This document shows, one piece after another, positions 8,876 to 19,102 of a DNA stretch of 56,106 bases. The stretch spans positions 1 through 56,106 of the forward strand of contig DATEZA010000280.1 in assembly GCA_035255945.1 (NCBI GenBank). The letters run 5' to 3'. Position numbers and translations under genes: made by a program. Numbering within the stretch: position 1 is the first letter of the stretch; every line of letters starts with the position of its first letter. This stretch comes from Thermoanaerobaculia bacterium. GTDB lineage: Bacteria; Acidobacteriota; Thermoanaerobaculia; Gp7-AA8. The notes under the pieces were generated by a model. That model had not been told where the DNA came from. It saw only the letters and a list, made by a program, of their open reading frames with translations, and made no database searches.

Positions 8876-9591
8876 CGCGACGCCGCGCGCTCATCGCCGG
8901 CCTCGGCGCGATGGGAACCTCGATCGCGCTGGCGCTCCGTGAGTCGTGGGACGTCTTTTATATCGATCGCATCGACGACCTGCGCGGCGCGACGAAGGGT
9001 CGCGGCAGTTTTGCGGATGATGTCGATCTCACCATCATCGCCACACCCGAAGATGAAGCGCTGCGAGTGCTGCCGCAGACACGCGGCCTCGTGACATCGA
9101 TCTGCAGCCTGATGGGACCATTGCGGCGCGCGGCAACGGGTGAATTCATCGCCGGACATCCGATGGCGGGCACCGAAAGAAGCGGTCCCGACGCGGCGCG
9201 CGCGGACATGTTCCGCGACGTGACCTGGTACCTCGATCGCGACCACCCGCTCGTGCGCGAGCTGATCGAAACATGCGGCGCAAAGGCCGAGATCATCGAT
9301 GCAGACGAGCACGATCGCGAAGTCGCACTCGGCAGTCACCTCCCGCAGCTCCTCTCCACCGCGCTCGCCGCGTATCTGCACGGCAAACGCGCGATCTCCG
9401 CGACCGGTCTGCGCACGTTTCTCCGTCTCGCCGGCTCGAGCGGTGACATGTGGAAACCGCTGATCGCCGACAATCGCGACAACATCGCGCCGCATGCGGA
9501 GGCGGTCGCGCGCGTCGTGCGCGAGATGCTCGACGGCGATCCGACCGACGCGTTCCGCAAAGCGAACGAGCTCTACGAATCTATTAAATGA
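8872..9591 (+). CDS. tyrA: Prephenate/arogenate dehydrogenase family protein
   Basis: IAGLGAMGTSIA Rossmann motif, FIAGHPMAGTERSG, EHD....SHLPQL, FLRLAGSS..MW. Confidence 0.9.
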   Translation: MTRRRALIAGLGAMGTSIALALRESWDVFYIDRIDDLRGATKGRGSFADDVDLTIIATPEDEALRVLPQTRGLVTSICSLMGPLRRAATGEFIAGHPMAGTERSGPDAARADMFRDVTWYLDRDHPLVRELIETCGAKAEIIDADEHDREVALGSHLPQLLSTALAAYLHGKRAISATGLRTFLRLAGSSGDMWKPLIADNRDNIAPHAEAVARVVREMLDGDPTDAFRKANELYESIK

Positions 9592-11987
9592 ATCCGACCT
9601 GGCTTTACGTGGGAGTGGTCTACGCGCTCGCGATCTGGCTCGCGCGGCGCGGCGGCGTCGTCATTCCGGGCCGAGTCGCCACCTTCTTTTATGCGCTCGT
9701 CCTGATCTTCATGTGGAAGCCGCTGACCGGCGGCTGGGTCAACATCCCGATCGACATCGTCCACTCGCTGCCGCCGTGGAACAAGGTCGCGCACATCCGC
9801 GGCTCGCTCAATTCGCAGATGAACGACATCGTGCTGCAGATCGTGCCGTGGGCGCATCAGTCGCGCGAGGCGCTCAAGTCGTTCACGTTACCGCTCTGGA
9901 ACTCGATGACCGGCTGCGGCTATCCGCTGCTCGCGAACGGCCAGAGCGCGCCGTTCTCGATCGTGCGGCTGCTCGCGCTGCCGCTGCCGCTCGCGTGGGC
10001 GGTGACCGCCGAAGCGGCGTTCAAGCTGCTCGTCGCGATGGTGTTCACGTATCTCTTCGCGCGGCGCCGCACGTACGGCGAGCTGCCGAGCGCGATCGGT
10101 GCGGTCGCCTTCGGCTTCAGCACATTCGTGCACGTCTGGCTGCATTTCCCGCTCGGAACGGCGGCCGCGTTCATCCCCGCGGCGATCTACTCCGTCGATC
10201 TGCTCGCCGAAAAAATCACATACCGCCGCTTCGTCTTCACCGCCGTGCTCTGGGCGGTGATGCTCTACAACGGACATCCTGAAACTGTCTCGCACGCCGG
10301 CTTCCTCTGCGCGATTTACCTGCTCTGGATCTGGATCGTCGAGCGCGGCACCACGTTCCAGCGACTCGCCGGAATCGCGGCTGCACTCGCATGCGGCGCG
10401 CTGCTCGCGATGCCGTTCATCGCGCCGTTCCTCGAAGCGATTCCGCGCTCGAAGCGCTACCAGCAGCTGCTGGTGATGCCGCACGTCATCGGCATATTTT
10501 CCGACTGGCCATCGAAGATCCTGCTGCTCGAGCCGACGTTCTTCGGTCACGTGCCGCTCGAAAAAGCGTGGGTCGGCGCGGCCTCGGCCGAAGGTCTCGA
10601 AGGCGCATGCGGCATCCTCGCCGCCGCGGCGATGATCGCGCTCGCCATCCGCGCGATCGCCTCCCGCCGTTTCCGCGATCGCGAATTCTTCTTCGTTCTC
10701 GCCACCATCTTCTTCATCGGCGTCGTCCTCGGATGGCCGGTGATCAGCACGATCTTCACCGCGATCTTCAAGCTCGCCGCAAATGCGCGATTGCGCTCGA
10801 TGCTCTGCTTTCTCGGCGCGATACAGACCGCGGCGGCGCTCGATTTCGTGCGGCGCGAGCGCGCATGGCCGTACCTGATCGGCATCCTCGCTGCGGCAAC
10901 GACGCTCTTTCTCTTCATCACTCAGATCACCTTCCCCGGCGAGTACGCGAAGTCGGGCTCCGTGATGGCGATCTGGCCGAGCATGATCGTGCTCGCACTC
11001 GCCGCGCTGGTGCCGGTGGCGGGCCGCTTCAAACACGCGGCGACGATGCTCGTCGCAGTCGCCGTCGTGTTCGAGCTCTTCTCGTTCAATTACGGCTGGA
11101 ACCCCAACGAGCCGATCGAGCTCTTCTATCCGAAGACGCCGCTGCTCGAAAAAATGGAAGAGCTGAAGGCAACGCATGCGGCGAACGATCCGTTCCGCAT
11201 CGCCGGCATCGGTCCGGTCTTCTTCCCGAATCTCAACGCGATGTACGGACTGGAAGACGTCCGCGTGCACGATCCGATGGCGAACGGCCGCTACCTCGGC
11301 GTGCTCCGCGTGCGCGGCGACTACGATCCGATGAACTACTTCGCGAAGTGGGAGAAGATCGATTCGCGGATGCTCGACTTTCTCAACGTCCGCTACCTCA
11401 TCACCGACACGTTCGAAGAGATCAGCGACCGCCAGCGCTACGTCGAGGTCTACAACGGCAAGGACGGGCGCATCTTCGAAAACCAGGACGCGATGCCGCG
11501 CTTCTTCACCGTGCCGAACGTCGTGCTCGAATTCCGCCGGCAGGCCTTCGCGGAACTGATCACGAAGCAGAAGGAGTTCCGCGACACGGCCATCGTCGAC
11601 AAGCTGCCGGTCAAAGCCGATCGCGAGCGCAACGATCTGCTCGCGCCGCGGCCCGCGGGTGCGCCGCAGGCGACGCTGGTGCTCGCCGATTCGACGCCGA
11701 CCGACTTCCACATGCACGTCAGCGCGCCGCGCTACACGATGATCGCGAGCAGCACGCCGTCATGGCCGGGATGGCATGTCGAGGCGAACGGCCGCTCGCT
11801 GCGGCCGCTCGAAGTGAACGGCGCATTCCTCGGATTCGTCGCGCCGCCGGGCGAGAGCGACGTGCGCGTGTGGTACGCGCCGTGGTCGTTCCGCATCGGC
11901 GTGATCGTCATGATGTTGACGATCGCCGGCCTGATCGCGCCCCGTGTCATCCTGAGGCGCGAAGACGCCGAAGGACCCGTAACCTGA
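9588..11987 (+). CDS. YfhO-family GT-C membrane protein
   Basis: LPLWN..GCGYPLLANGQSA, GHPET, many TM segments, and the typical YfhO end WPGWHVEANGR...NGAFLGFVAPPGESDVRVWYAPWSFRIG. Confidence 0.9.
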   Translation: MNPTWLYVGVVYALAIWLARRGGVVIPGRVATFFYALVLIFMWKPLTGGWVNIPIDIVHSLPPWNKVAHIRGSLNSQMNDIVLQIVPWAHQSREALKSFTLPLWNSMTGCGYPLLANGQSAPFSIVRLLALPLPLAWAVTAEAAFKLLVAMVFTYLFARRRTYGELPSAIGAVAFGFSTFVHVWLHFPLGTAAAFIPAAIYSVDLLAEKITYRRFVFTAVLWAVMLYNGHPETVSHAGFLCAIYLLWIWIVERGTTFQRLAGIAAALACGALLAMPFIAPFLEAIPRSKRYQQLLVMPHVIGIFSDWPSKILLLEPTFFGHVPLEKAWVGAASAEGLEGACGILAAAAMIALAIRAIASRRFRDREFFFVLATIFFIGVVLGWPVISTIFTAIFKLAANARLRSMLCFLGAIQTAAALDFVRRERAWPYLIGILAAATTLFLFITQITFPGEYAKSGSVMAIWPSMIVLALAALVPVAGRFKHAATMLVAVAVVFELFSFNYGWNPNEPIELFYPKTPLLEKMEELKATHAANDPFRIAGIGPVFFPNLNAMYGLEDVRVHDPMANGRYLGVLRVRGDYDPMNYFAKWEKIDSRMLDFLNVRYLITDTFEEISDRQRYVEVYNGKDGRIFENQDAMPRFFTVPNVVLEFRRQAFAELITKQKEFRDTAIVDKLPVKADRERNDLLAPRPAGAPQATLVLADSTPTDFHMHVSAPRYTMIASSTPSWPGWHVEANGRSLRPLEVNGAFLGFVAPPGESDVRVWYAPWSFRIGVIVMMLTIAGLIAPRVILRREDAEGPVT

Positions 11988-12044
11988 AACCGCAGCGCAC
12001 TCGAGCTGCGGGTCCTTCGCCGTCTTCGCGGCTCAGGATGACAC
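11944..12044. repeat. CGTC/GTCATCC-type palindromic repeat between convergent YfhO and rph; left arm inside the YfhO CDS
   Basis: gtgtcatcctgaggcgcgaagacgccgaaggaccc ... gggtccttcgccgtcttcgcggctcaggatgacac. Confidence 0.9.
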
Positions 12045-12055
12045 GTGGCGCCGCG

Positions 12056-12853
12056 TCAGCGAAACTTGCGATTCAGCCGTTCGCGCGCGATGTTGTCGAC
12101 GCGCGTCAGCGCCGGCGTCAGCACTTCACGCTGCTTCGCCACGAGCTGCGCGATGCCGGCTTTCGCGAGCGCGAGCATCGCCTGCATCTCTTCCTCGCTG
12201 AAGCTCTGCACCTCGGCCGTTCCCTGCAGCTCGACGAAGCGGCCCTTCTCCGTCGCCACGACGTTCATGTCGACGTGCGCCTTCGAGTCCTCTTCGTAAT
12301 TGAGGTCGAGCGACGGCGTCGCTCCGATCATGCCAACCGAAACCGCGGCGACCCATTCGTTCACCGGCCAGTTCGGCAGATTGCCGTCGGTGTAGATCCG
12401 CGACAACGCGAGCACCAGAGCGACATACGCGCCGGTGATCGACGCCGTGCGCGTGCCGCCGTCGGCCTGGATCACATCGCAATCGATCCAGATCGTGCGC
12501 TCGCCGAGGAGCTCCGGATTCACGGCGGCACGGAGCGAGCGTCCGATCAGACGCTGGATCTCCATCGTGCGGCCGCCCTGTTTGCCTTTTGCCGCTTCGC
12601 GCTCGGTGCGCTCGGTCGTTGCGCGCGGCAGCATGCCGTACTCCGCTGTCACCCAGCCTTTGCCGGAGCGGTAGAGAAACGGCGGAACTTTTTCCTGGAT
12701 CGAAGCGGTGCAGATCACGCGCGTGTCGCCGACCTCGATCAGCGCCGAGCCTTCTGCGTGCTTGTTGAAATGCGGTGTGATCTTGACGGGGCGCAGCTCA
12801 TTCGATGCGCGGCCGTCGCTGCGTGGTTTGGTGGTGGGTGTAGTGGTGGTCAT
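12056..12853 (-). CDS. rph: Ribonuclease PH
   Basis: [81 protein letters not shown]; start set at the ATG overlapping the glgC stop. Confidence 0.97.
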   Translation of the reverse strand: MTTTTPTTKPRSDGRASNELRPVKITPHFNKHAEGSALIEVGDTRVICTASIQEKVPPFLYRSGKGWVTAEYGMLPRATTERTEREAAKGKQGGRTMEIQRLIGRSLRAAVNPELLGERTIWIDCDVIQADGGTRTASITGAYVALVLALSRIYTDGNLPNWPVNEWVAAVSVGMIGATPSLDLNYEEDSKAHVDMNVVATEKGRFVELQGTAEVQSFSEEEMQAMLALAKAGIAQLVAKQREVLTPALTRVDNIARERLNRKFR

Positions 12854-14127
12854 GACGCGGCGGTTGCAGCGGCAACCTTCTCCTCGATCACCGCGCCCTT
12901 GGGGACGACGACGATCCCCGACTCGGTCACCGTGTAGTGCTGCCGGTCGGCTTCGAGATCGTATCCGATCGTCGATCCGGCCGGAATGCGCACCCCTTTG
13001 TCGATGATCGTGCGGCGGATCTTCGAATGCCGGCCGATCTCCACGCCGTCCATGAGAATCGATTCGTCGACATCGGAGTACGAATGGATGCGCACGCGCG
13101 GATGCAGCACGCAGCGGTTGATCGTGCCGCCGGAGATGATCACGCCGTCGCTCACCATCGAGTCGGTGGCGATCCCGATGCGCTTCGACTGCGCGTCGGC
13201 GAACACGAACTTCGCCGGCGGCAGATGCATCGGCGCGGAGATCAGCGGCCACCGATGATTGTATAAATTGAACAGCGGCGTGACGGCGACGAGATCCATC
13301 GACGCCTCGAAGTACGCGTCGACCGTTCCGACATCGCGCCAGTAGCCGCGGTTGAGCTCCGCCTCGCCGGGGATGAAGTTCTTCGCGAAGTCGTACGCGT
13401 AGACGTTCATGCGCGGATACATGTCCGGGATGATCTCTTTGCCGAAGTCGTGCGCCGAGTCGCGCAAGGCGTTGCGCTGCAGCACGTCGATCATCACGTT
13501 CGCTTTGAAGATGTAGTTGCCCATCGAGGCCAGCACCATGTCGGGCCGGCCCGGAATGGTCTTCGCGCCTTCCTTCGGCTTCTCCACGAATCCGGTGACG
13601 CGCCACTCGTTATCCACTTCCACGATCCCGAAGTGATGCGCTTCGGAGACCGGCACCGGAATCGTGGCAATGGTGAGGTCGGCGTCGTTCGTGATGTGCT
13701 CCTGCAGCATCTGGTTCACATCCATTTTGTAGATGTGATCGCCGCCGAAGACGCAGACGAACTCGGGACGCTCATCGAAGATCAGCTCGAGATTCTGGAA
13801 CACAGCGTCGGCCGTGCCGCGGAACCAGAACGGACCTTTCCGCATCTGCGCCGGAACGACGTCGACGTATTGCCCGATCTCCGGCACGAGCCGCCACGTG
13901 CGCGTGATGTGCTCGATCAGCGAGTTCGATTTGAACTGCGTGAGGATCTTGATCTTCGTGAAGCCGGAGTTCACGAAGTTATTGATGACGAAGTCGATGA
14001 TGCGATAGCGGCCGCCGAACGGAACGGCAGGCTTTGCGCGGTCTCGCGTCAGCGGATAGAGGCGCTCGCCCATTCCGCCCGCGAGGATCATCGTCAGCAC
14101 GTTGCGCCGCGAGAGTAACGAATACAT
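12850..14127 (-). CDS. glgC: Glucose-1-phosphate adenylyltransferase
   Basis: [63 protein letters not shown]; start placed at the MYSLL ATG (14172 is an alternative). Confidence 0.96.
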   Translation of the reverse strand: MYSLLSRRNVLTMILAGGMGERLYPLTRDRAKPAVPFGGRYRIIDFVINNFVNSGFTKIKILTQFKSNSLIEHITRTWRLVPEIGQYVDVVPAQMRKGPFWFRGTADAVFQNLELIFDERPEFVCVFGGDHIYKMDVNQMLQEHITNDADLTIATIPVPVSEAHHFGIVEVDNEWRVTGFVEKPKEGAKTIPGRPDMVLASMGNYIFKANVMIDVLQRNALRDSAHDFGKEIIPDMYPRMNVYAYDFAKNFIPGEAELNRGYWRDVGTVDAYFEASMDLVAVTPLFNLYNHRWPLISAPMHLPPAKFVFADAQSKRIGIATDSMVSDGVIISGGTINRCVLHPRVRIHSYSDVDESILMDGVEIGRHSKIRRTIIDKGVRIPAGSTIGYDLEADRQHYTVTESGIVVVPKGAVIEEKVAAATAAS

Positions 14128-14325
14128 CAGATACCTGCCGAAGATCGATTGTTGTACGACACGCCGAGGCAAAGCAAATGTACTGCCGCATGCGACTCCA
14201 CTGAATGTAGAAAATTTGCTTTTCGCGTGAACCCGAGGGAGCCTCGGTGCTCATGAGCTGGTCACACGCTGTTCTGCCCGACGCTGACATCGACATCGAG
14301 ATCGACGAAACGCCCGCTGTTCGTG

Positions 14326-14356
14326 ATGCACAGATCGTGCATTACCGTGGTACTAT
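14326..14356 (+). promoter_or_regulatory. Putative toxin-antitoxin promoter/operator: extended -10 TGgTACTAT overlapped by two inverted repeats
   Basis: ATGCAC-N5-GTGCAT (14326-14342), TACC-GT-GGTA (14343-14352), TACTAT 14351-14356 lying 7 nt before ATG 14364. Confidence 0.55.
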
Positions 14357-14363
14357 GAAACCC

Positions 14364-14624
14364 ATGGCGCTACCGCAATCGAAAGTCACTGCACAGGGGC
14401 AGATCTCCGTTCCGGCCGAAATTCGGAAGAAACTGGGGATCGGGCCCGGCTCGATTCTCGAGTGGGAACAGGAAGGAGACAAAGTCGTGGTTCGGAAAGC
14501 AGGGAAGTACACATCGCTCGACATTCACAAAGCGCTCTTCAAAACGCCTCCCAAGCCCATCACCGTCGAACAGATGGATGAGGCGATCGGCCGGTACATC
14601 CGGAAAAAATATGCGCGCCGTTGA
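14364..14624 (+). CDS. AbrB/MazE/SpoVT-family antitoxin
   Basis: SKVTAQGQISVPAEIRKKLGIGPGSILEW swapped-hairpin motif; upstream of and overlapping a PIN gene. Confidence 0.92.
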   Translation: MALPQSKVTAQGQISVPAEIRKKLGIGPGSILEWEQEGDKVVVRKAGKYTSLDIHKALFKTPPKPITVEQMDEAIGRYIRKKYARR

Positions 14625-14991
14625 TACCAATGTCCTCGTTCGAATTCTCGTCCGAGACGAGGAAAAGCAGGTCGCGTCGGCTGACGCATTCGTGGCCAAG
14701 GGGGTCTGGGTCTCACCTGTCGTTCTTGCGGAGACAGCGTGGGTTCTGAACGACTGGTACGACCTCAGCCATGACATCGTCGCCGCTGCGATCGAGATGT
14801 TGCTCAATCACGAGACCATCAGCGTTCACGACGCCGAGGTGGTAGCCGCAGCGTTGGGCCATTACCGGCGACGCCCCGCCCTCGGCTTCTCCGACTGCCT
14901 TATCCTCGAGGTCGCCCGCAAAGCCGGCCACCTCCCGCTCGGCACCTTCGACCAATCCCTGAGCAAGCTCGAAGGAACCGAGCGCCTCTGA
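14611..14991 (+). CDS. vapC: PIN-domain (VapC-type) toxin
   Basis: VDTNVLVR, VLAETAWVL, GFSDCLI, TFD acidic PIN motifs. Confidence 0.92.
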   Translation: MRAVDTNVLVRILVRDEEKQVASADAFVAKGVWVSPVVLAETAWVLNDWYDLSHDIVAAAIEMLLNHETISVHDAEVVAAALGHYRRRPALGFSDCLILEVARKAGHLPLGTFDQSLSKLEGTERL

Positions 14992-15021
14992 CGCGCGGCT
15001 ATACTTCCTCCCCGGAAACTC

Positions 15022-15921
15022 ATGGCGGACAAGGACTACTACGACATCCTCGGCGTCAAGAAGTCAGCGGCCGACGACGAGATCAAAAAGGCGTACCGCA
15101 ACCTCGCGAAGAAGTACCACCCCGACAAAAACAAGGGTGACAAGGCCGCGGAGACGAAGTTCAAGGAGATCTCCGAGGCGTATGCGGTTCTGAGCGACAA
15201 AGAGAAACGCGATCAGTACGACCGCCTCGGCAAAGAAGCATTCGGCGGCGGAAATCCGTTCGGTCCCGGCGGTCCGTTCGCAGGCTTCGATTTCTCCCAA
15301 TTCACCAATCGCGGACGCCGCGGCGGTACGCGCAACACCCGCACCACGAACCCCGGCGGCGGCTTCACCGACATCTTCTCCGACCTCTTCGGCGGTGGCG
15401 GGATGGGCGGACCGGGCGGATTCGAGGAGGCGCGTCCGACGATGGAAGCGGAGCTCACCATCGACTTCCGCGACGCAGTCCTCGGCTCGACGATGGACCT
15501 CAACATCAACGGTCAGAACGTCAAGGTGAAGATCCCCGAGGGTGTGGCGGACGGACAGAAAGTGCGCATCCGCACGCGCGACGGAATGGATGTGAACGTG
15601 CTCATTCACGTTCGCGCGCATCCGTTTTTCGAGCGCAAGGGGGACAACATTCACATCGATCTGCCGGTCACCGTCGGCGAAGCCGCACGCGGCGGCGAGA
15701 TCGATGTCCCCACCATTCACGGCCCGGTCCGTGCACGCATTCCGGCCGGAACGCAGGGAGGACAAACGTTTCGGATCTCGGGGAAGGGCGTGAAGAAAAA
15801 AGGCGATCACTACTATCGCGTGCTGATCGTGCTGCCCAAAGATCCTCCGGCCGATGCGGTCGAACAGCTCGAGTCGGCGTATCAGGAAAACCCGCGAGCG
15901 AATCTGAAAACGGCGCTGTGA
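15022..15921 (+). CDS. DnaJ-class co-chaperone without zinc finger (CbpA-like)
   Basis: [16 protein letters not shown]-domain, G/F-rich linker, DnaJ_C domain. Confidence 0.92.
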   Translation: MADKDYYDILGVKKSAADDEIKKAYRNLAKKYHPDKNKGDKAAETKFKEISEAYAVLSDKEKRDQYDRLGKEAFGGGNPFGPGGPFAGFDFSQFTNRGRRGGTRNTRTTNPGGGFTDIFSDLFGGGGMGGPGGFEEARPTMEAELTIDFRDAVLGSTMDLNINGQNVKVKIPEGVADGQKVRIRTRDGMDVNVLIHVRAHPFFERKGDNIHIDLPVTVGEAARGGEIDVPTIHGPVRARIPAGTQGGQTFRISGKGVKKKGDHYYRVLIVLPKDPPADAVEQLESAYQENPRANLKTAL

Positions 15922-15925
15922 TCGG

Positions 15926-16369
15926 ATGAACATCGAGTTGTTGCGCGCCGACATCTCGTCGATCAAGGTCGACGCCCTGATTTATCCATCGCAATCGCGG
16001 CACGTCGACGGCGTCGGCGAAGTGCCGTCCGGCAACGCCGTCGTGACCAGCGCCGGCAACCTGCTCTGCAAGTTCGTCATTCACGCGATCGGACCGCAGG
16101 TCACCGACGTCGATCAGAAGAAGATCCTGCACGACGCAACGCGCTCCGCGCTCGAGCGCGCGGAGGAGCTCGCGATCGCATCGGTCGCATTCATGGCGTC
16201 GCGGAACGGAATGTTCGGGTTCCCGATCGATTTTTGTGCGCCCGTGATGCTCGGCGCCACGCTCGAATTCCGCCCCCGTGCGCGATCGCTGCAGCGCGTC
16301 ATCTACTGCCTCTTCGGCACCGAGTCGTACGAACGCTTTCGCCACGTGCTCGAGGAGATCGAGTCGTGA
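15926..16369 (+). CDS. Macro-domain protein with degenerate ligand-binding motifs
   Basis: RADIS..KVDAL, AVVTSAGNLLCKFVIHAIGP, SVAF...GMFGFP layout; lacks VNAAN and GGGV. Confidence 0.8.
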   Translation: MNIELLRADISSIKVDALIYPSQSRHVDGVGEVPSGNAVVTSAGNLLCKFVIHAIGPQVTDVDQKKILHDATRSALERAEELAIASVAFMASRNGMFGFPIDFCAPVMLGATLEFRPRARSLQRVIYCLFGTESYERFRHVLEEIES

Positions 16370-17082
16370 GCGGGAAGGCATTCGTCATCGGCGACTCACA
16401 CATCGGACTCGGCGAAGGCGCCGAAAAAGATGTCCTCGCGTGGATCGATCGCCTCGAGCAACACAAACCGGCGTCGCTCTACCTCAACGGCGATCTGTTC
16501 CACTACTTCATCGCGCACAAGAAGTTCTACACGCCGGCGGTCGGCAAAGTGTTTGATCGCTTGCGCGCGCTGCGTGACTCCGGCACGGCCGTGCACTACG
16601 TCGAAGGCAATCGCGATTTCTTTCTCAAAGGCTCATTCGCGGAAAAGGCGGTGACCGACGTCGGACTCGAATACACGATCGCTGCCGGCGCGAAAAAGTA
16701 CCTCGTCGTGCATGGCGACATGATCAACGATCGCGACTGGCAGTACCGCTTCTGGCGCGTCGCATCGAAAAATCCGATCTCGAAGCTGGGCGTGACTCTG
16801 ATTCCCGGAAGTGTTGCGCGCAACTTCGTCGACAGCGTCGAAGCGCGACTGTCCAACTCGAACTTCAAACACAAATCGGTGCTGCCGGTCGACCTGATGA
16901 AAGCCTACGGCCGCAAGCGCGCCGCCGAAGGCGTCACCGATGTGATCCTCGGACATTTCCACGAAAAGAAGACCATCGACGCAGGCCCGACGACAGTCAC
17001 GATCCTCCCGCCGTGGTACGAGACCGGCGAAGCGATGGCCATCGATCTCGCCACCGGCGCGTACGAGTTCGTCACCGTATGA
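16366..17082 (+). CDS. Calcineurin-like metallophosphoesterase, LpxH-like UDP-2,3-diacylglucosamine diphosphatase
   Basis: GDSHIG, LNGDLF, EGNRD, VHGD, GHFH; GTG start overlapping the upstream stop. Confidence 0.85.
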   Translation: MSGKAFVIGDSHIGLGEGAEKDVLAWIDRLEQHKPASLYLNGDLFHYFIAHKKFYTPAVGKVFDRLRALRDSGTAVHYVEGNRDFFLKGSFAEKAVTDVGLEYTIAAGAKKYLVVHGDMINDRDWQYRFWRVASKNPISKLGVTLIPGSVARNFVDSVEARLSNSNFKHKSVLPVDLMKAYGRKRAAEGVTDVILGHFHEKKTIDAGPTTVTILPPWYETGEAMAIDLATGAYEFVTV

Positions 17083-17849
17083 TCGTCACGTTTCTCGGCA
17101 CCGGCACGTCCACCGGCGTTCCCGTCGTCGGATGTCATTGCCCCGTCTGCACCTCGGACGATCCCCGCAACAAGCGCCTGCGCCAGTCTGTGAAGATCGA
17201 AACGCGGGGCAGGCACTTCCTGATCGACACCACGCCGGACCTCCGCCTGCAATTGCTTCGCGATCCGATTCCGCGCCTCGACTTCCTGCTCTACACGCAC
17301 TCGCACGCCGATCACCTGATGGGCCTCGACGACATCCGCCCGTTCAACTTCCGGCAGCACGAAACGATCGTGGCGTACGCGAGCCCGTTCACCGCGAAAG
17401 CGATCAAGCGCGCCTTCAGCTACATCTGGGATCCGAACGCGCAGACCGGCGGCGGCAAGCCGCAGCTCGAAGTGGTCGAAATCGACGAGCGGTTTTCGCA
17501 CGACGGCATCGACATCATTCCGCTGCCCGTGATCCATGGCGACTGGACGATTCTCGGATTCCGCATCGGCGCGTTCGCGTACATCACCGACACGAACGGC
17601 ATCCCCGACGAGACGCTGCAATTACTCGATGGCGTCGAAGAGCTCGCGCTCGACGGACTGCGTCCCGCGAAGCCGCACCCGACGCACTTCATCATCCCCG
17701 AGGCAGTCGAGGTCGCGAGGCGCATCGGCGCGAAACGCACGTGGATCATCCACGTCGCGCACGAAGTCGATCACGCGACGGTCGAAGCGACGCTGCCGGA
17801 CGACGTGCGCCTCGCGTACGACGGATTGCGCCTGGAGCTCCCGGAGTGA
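17079..17849 (+). CDS. Metallo-beta-lactamase-fold hydrolase (PhnP-like)
   Basis: FLGTGTSTGVP..GC.C.VC, LIDTTPD, THSHADHLMGLDD, YITD, HPTH. Confidence 0.92.
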   Translation: MIVTFLGTGTSTGVPVVGCHCPVCTSDDPRNKRLRQSVKIETRGRHFLIDTTPDLRLQLLRDPIPRLDFLLYTHSHADHLMGLDDIRPFNFRQHETIVAYASPFTAKAIKRAFSYIWDPNAQTGGGKPQLEVVEIDERFSHDGIDIIPLPVIHGDWTILGFRIGAFAYITDTNGIPDETLQLLDGVEELALDGLRPAKPHPTHFIIPEAVEVARRIGAKRTWIIHVAHEVDHATVEATLPDDVRLAYDGLRLELPE

Positions 17850-19102
17850 AAGTGATTCCGAAAGTCGACCGCTTCGATGCGACCGTCACCGTGCCGCCGT
17901 CGAAGTCGTACTCCGTCCGCGCACTGCTCGTCGGCGCGATGTCGGAAGGAACGACAACGATCACGAACTGCCTCGACTCCGACGACACGCGCTACGCATT
18001 TGAAGCGCTGCGCGCGATCGGCTTCGAAGTGGGCGGTGCATTCGCGAAAGGGCTGACGATCGGTCCGCGCGTCAGCATGTCGGCGAACGAAGTGAATCTC
18101 TTCATCGGCAACGCCGGCACCGCGATGCGTTTCCTCACCGGCTGGCTCGCATTCACGCCGGGACGTTTCCTGCTCGACGGCGAAGAGCGGATGCGCAATC
18201 GTCCGATCGGCGATCTCGTCGAGGTGCTGCTGCAGATCGGCGCGGAAGTCGAGTACGTCGAACGCGAGGGCTATCCGCCGCTGCGCATTCGCGGCAAAAA
18301 GATGCGCGGCGGATTCGAAGTCGCGATCTCCGCCGACACCTCGAGCCAGTTCGCGTCGGCGTTGATGATGGGCGGCGCGACATTGCCCGGCGGGATCACC
18401 GTCGTGCTCGAGCGTGTGGCATCCGCGCCGTACATCGACATCACGGCCGACATCCTGATTTCGTTCGGCGCACGCGTGGAGCGCGACGGCAATCGCGTGA
18501 CGGTCTCCGCGCGCTCGCTGCAGCGCGACGAGTACCGCGTCGAAGGCGATTACTCCTCGGCGTCGTACTGGTTCGCCGCAGCTGCCGCGACGAAAGGCAT
18601 CGCGCGCGTGCGCGGGCTCGCCTCGCCGACCGCACAAGGCGACGCAGGATTCGTCGACATCCTCGCAAAGATGGGATGCAGCATCGATGTCGGCGACGAG
18701 ATCGTCGTGCGAGGCCCGCAGCAATTGCGCGGCGGCACGTTCGATTGCGTGAACACGCCCGACATCGTGCCGAGCCTCGCCGCGATCGCGCCGCTCGCCG
18801 ATTCGCCGGTCGGGATCGTAAACGTCGCGAACCTGCGCGTGAAGGAATCGGATCGCATCGCCACCGTCACCTCGGAATTGCGGCGCCTCGGCGCAACCGT
18901 CGAGGAACGCCCCGACGGCATGCTCATTCAGCCCGGCTGGTCAAATGAGCCCACGGTCATCGAGACGCACAACGATCACCGCATCGCGATGGCATTCGCC
19001 GTCGCCGGACTGGCGCGCGGCAACGTCACGATCGGCGACGAGCGCGTCGTCTCGAAGTCGTATCCCCGTTTCTGGCGTACATTGGATGAAGTAACAGCGT
19101 GA
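17846..19102 (+). CDS. aroA: 3-phosphoshikimate 1-carboxyvinyltransferase (EPSP synthase)
   Basis: PPSKS, GNAGTAMR, RMRNRPI, SSQFAS, EGDYSSASY, LRVKESDRI, DHRIAMAF; GTG start. Confidence 0.96.
   Translation: MKVIPKVDRFDATVTVPPSKSYSVRALLVGAMSEGTTTITNCLDSDDTRYAFEALRAIGFEVGGAFAKGLTIGPRVSMSANEVNLFIGNAGTAMRFLTGWLAFTPGRFLLDGEERMRNRPIGDLVEVLLQIGAEVEYVEREGYPPLRIRGKKMRGGFEVAISADTSSQFASALMMGGATLPGGITVVLERVASAPYIDITADILISFGARVERDGNRVTVSARSLQRDEYRVEGDYSSASYWFAAAAATKGIARVRGLASPTAQGDAGFVDILAKMGCSIDVGDEIVVRGPQQLRGGTFDCVNTPDIVPSLAAIAPLADSPVGIVNVANLRVKESDRIATVTSELRRLGATVEERPDGMLIQPGWSNEPTVIETHNDHRIAMAFAVAGLARGNVTIGDERVVSKSYPRFWRTLDEVTA

Noticed and set aside
5397-12937. Very long antisense or alternate-frame ORFs (5397-7706, 9888-11717, 10391-12937; likewise 43639-45069, 46836-48677, 51654-53747)
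   Set aside because: They overlap well-supported genes, are Arg/Ala/Gly-rich without motifs, and are expected shadows of high-GC3 coding.
12056-13606. 516-aa ORF suggesting a long RNase PH fusion
   Set aside because: The extension is an alternate frame of glgC; rph starts at the ATG overlapping the glgC stop.
14247-14363. N-terminal extension of the antitoxin
   Set aside because: It has no family similarity and contains the promoter and operator-like elements.
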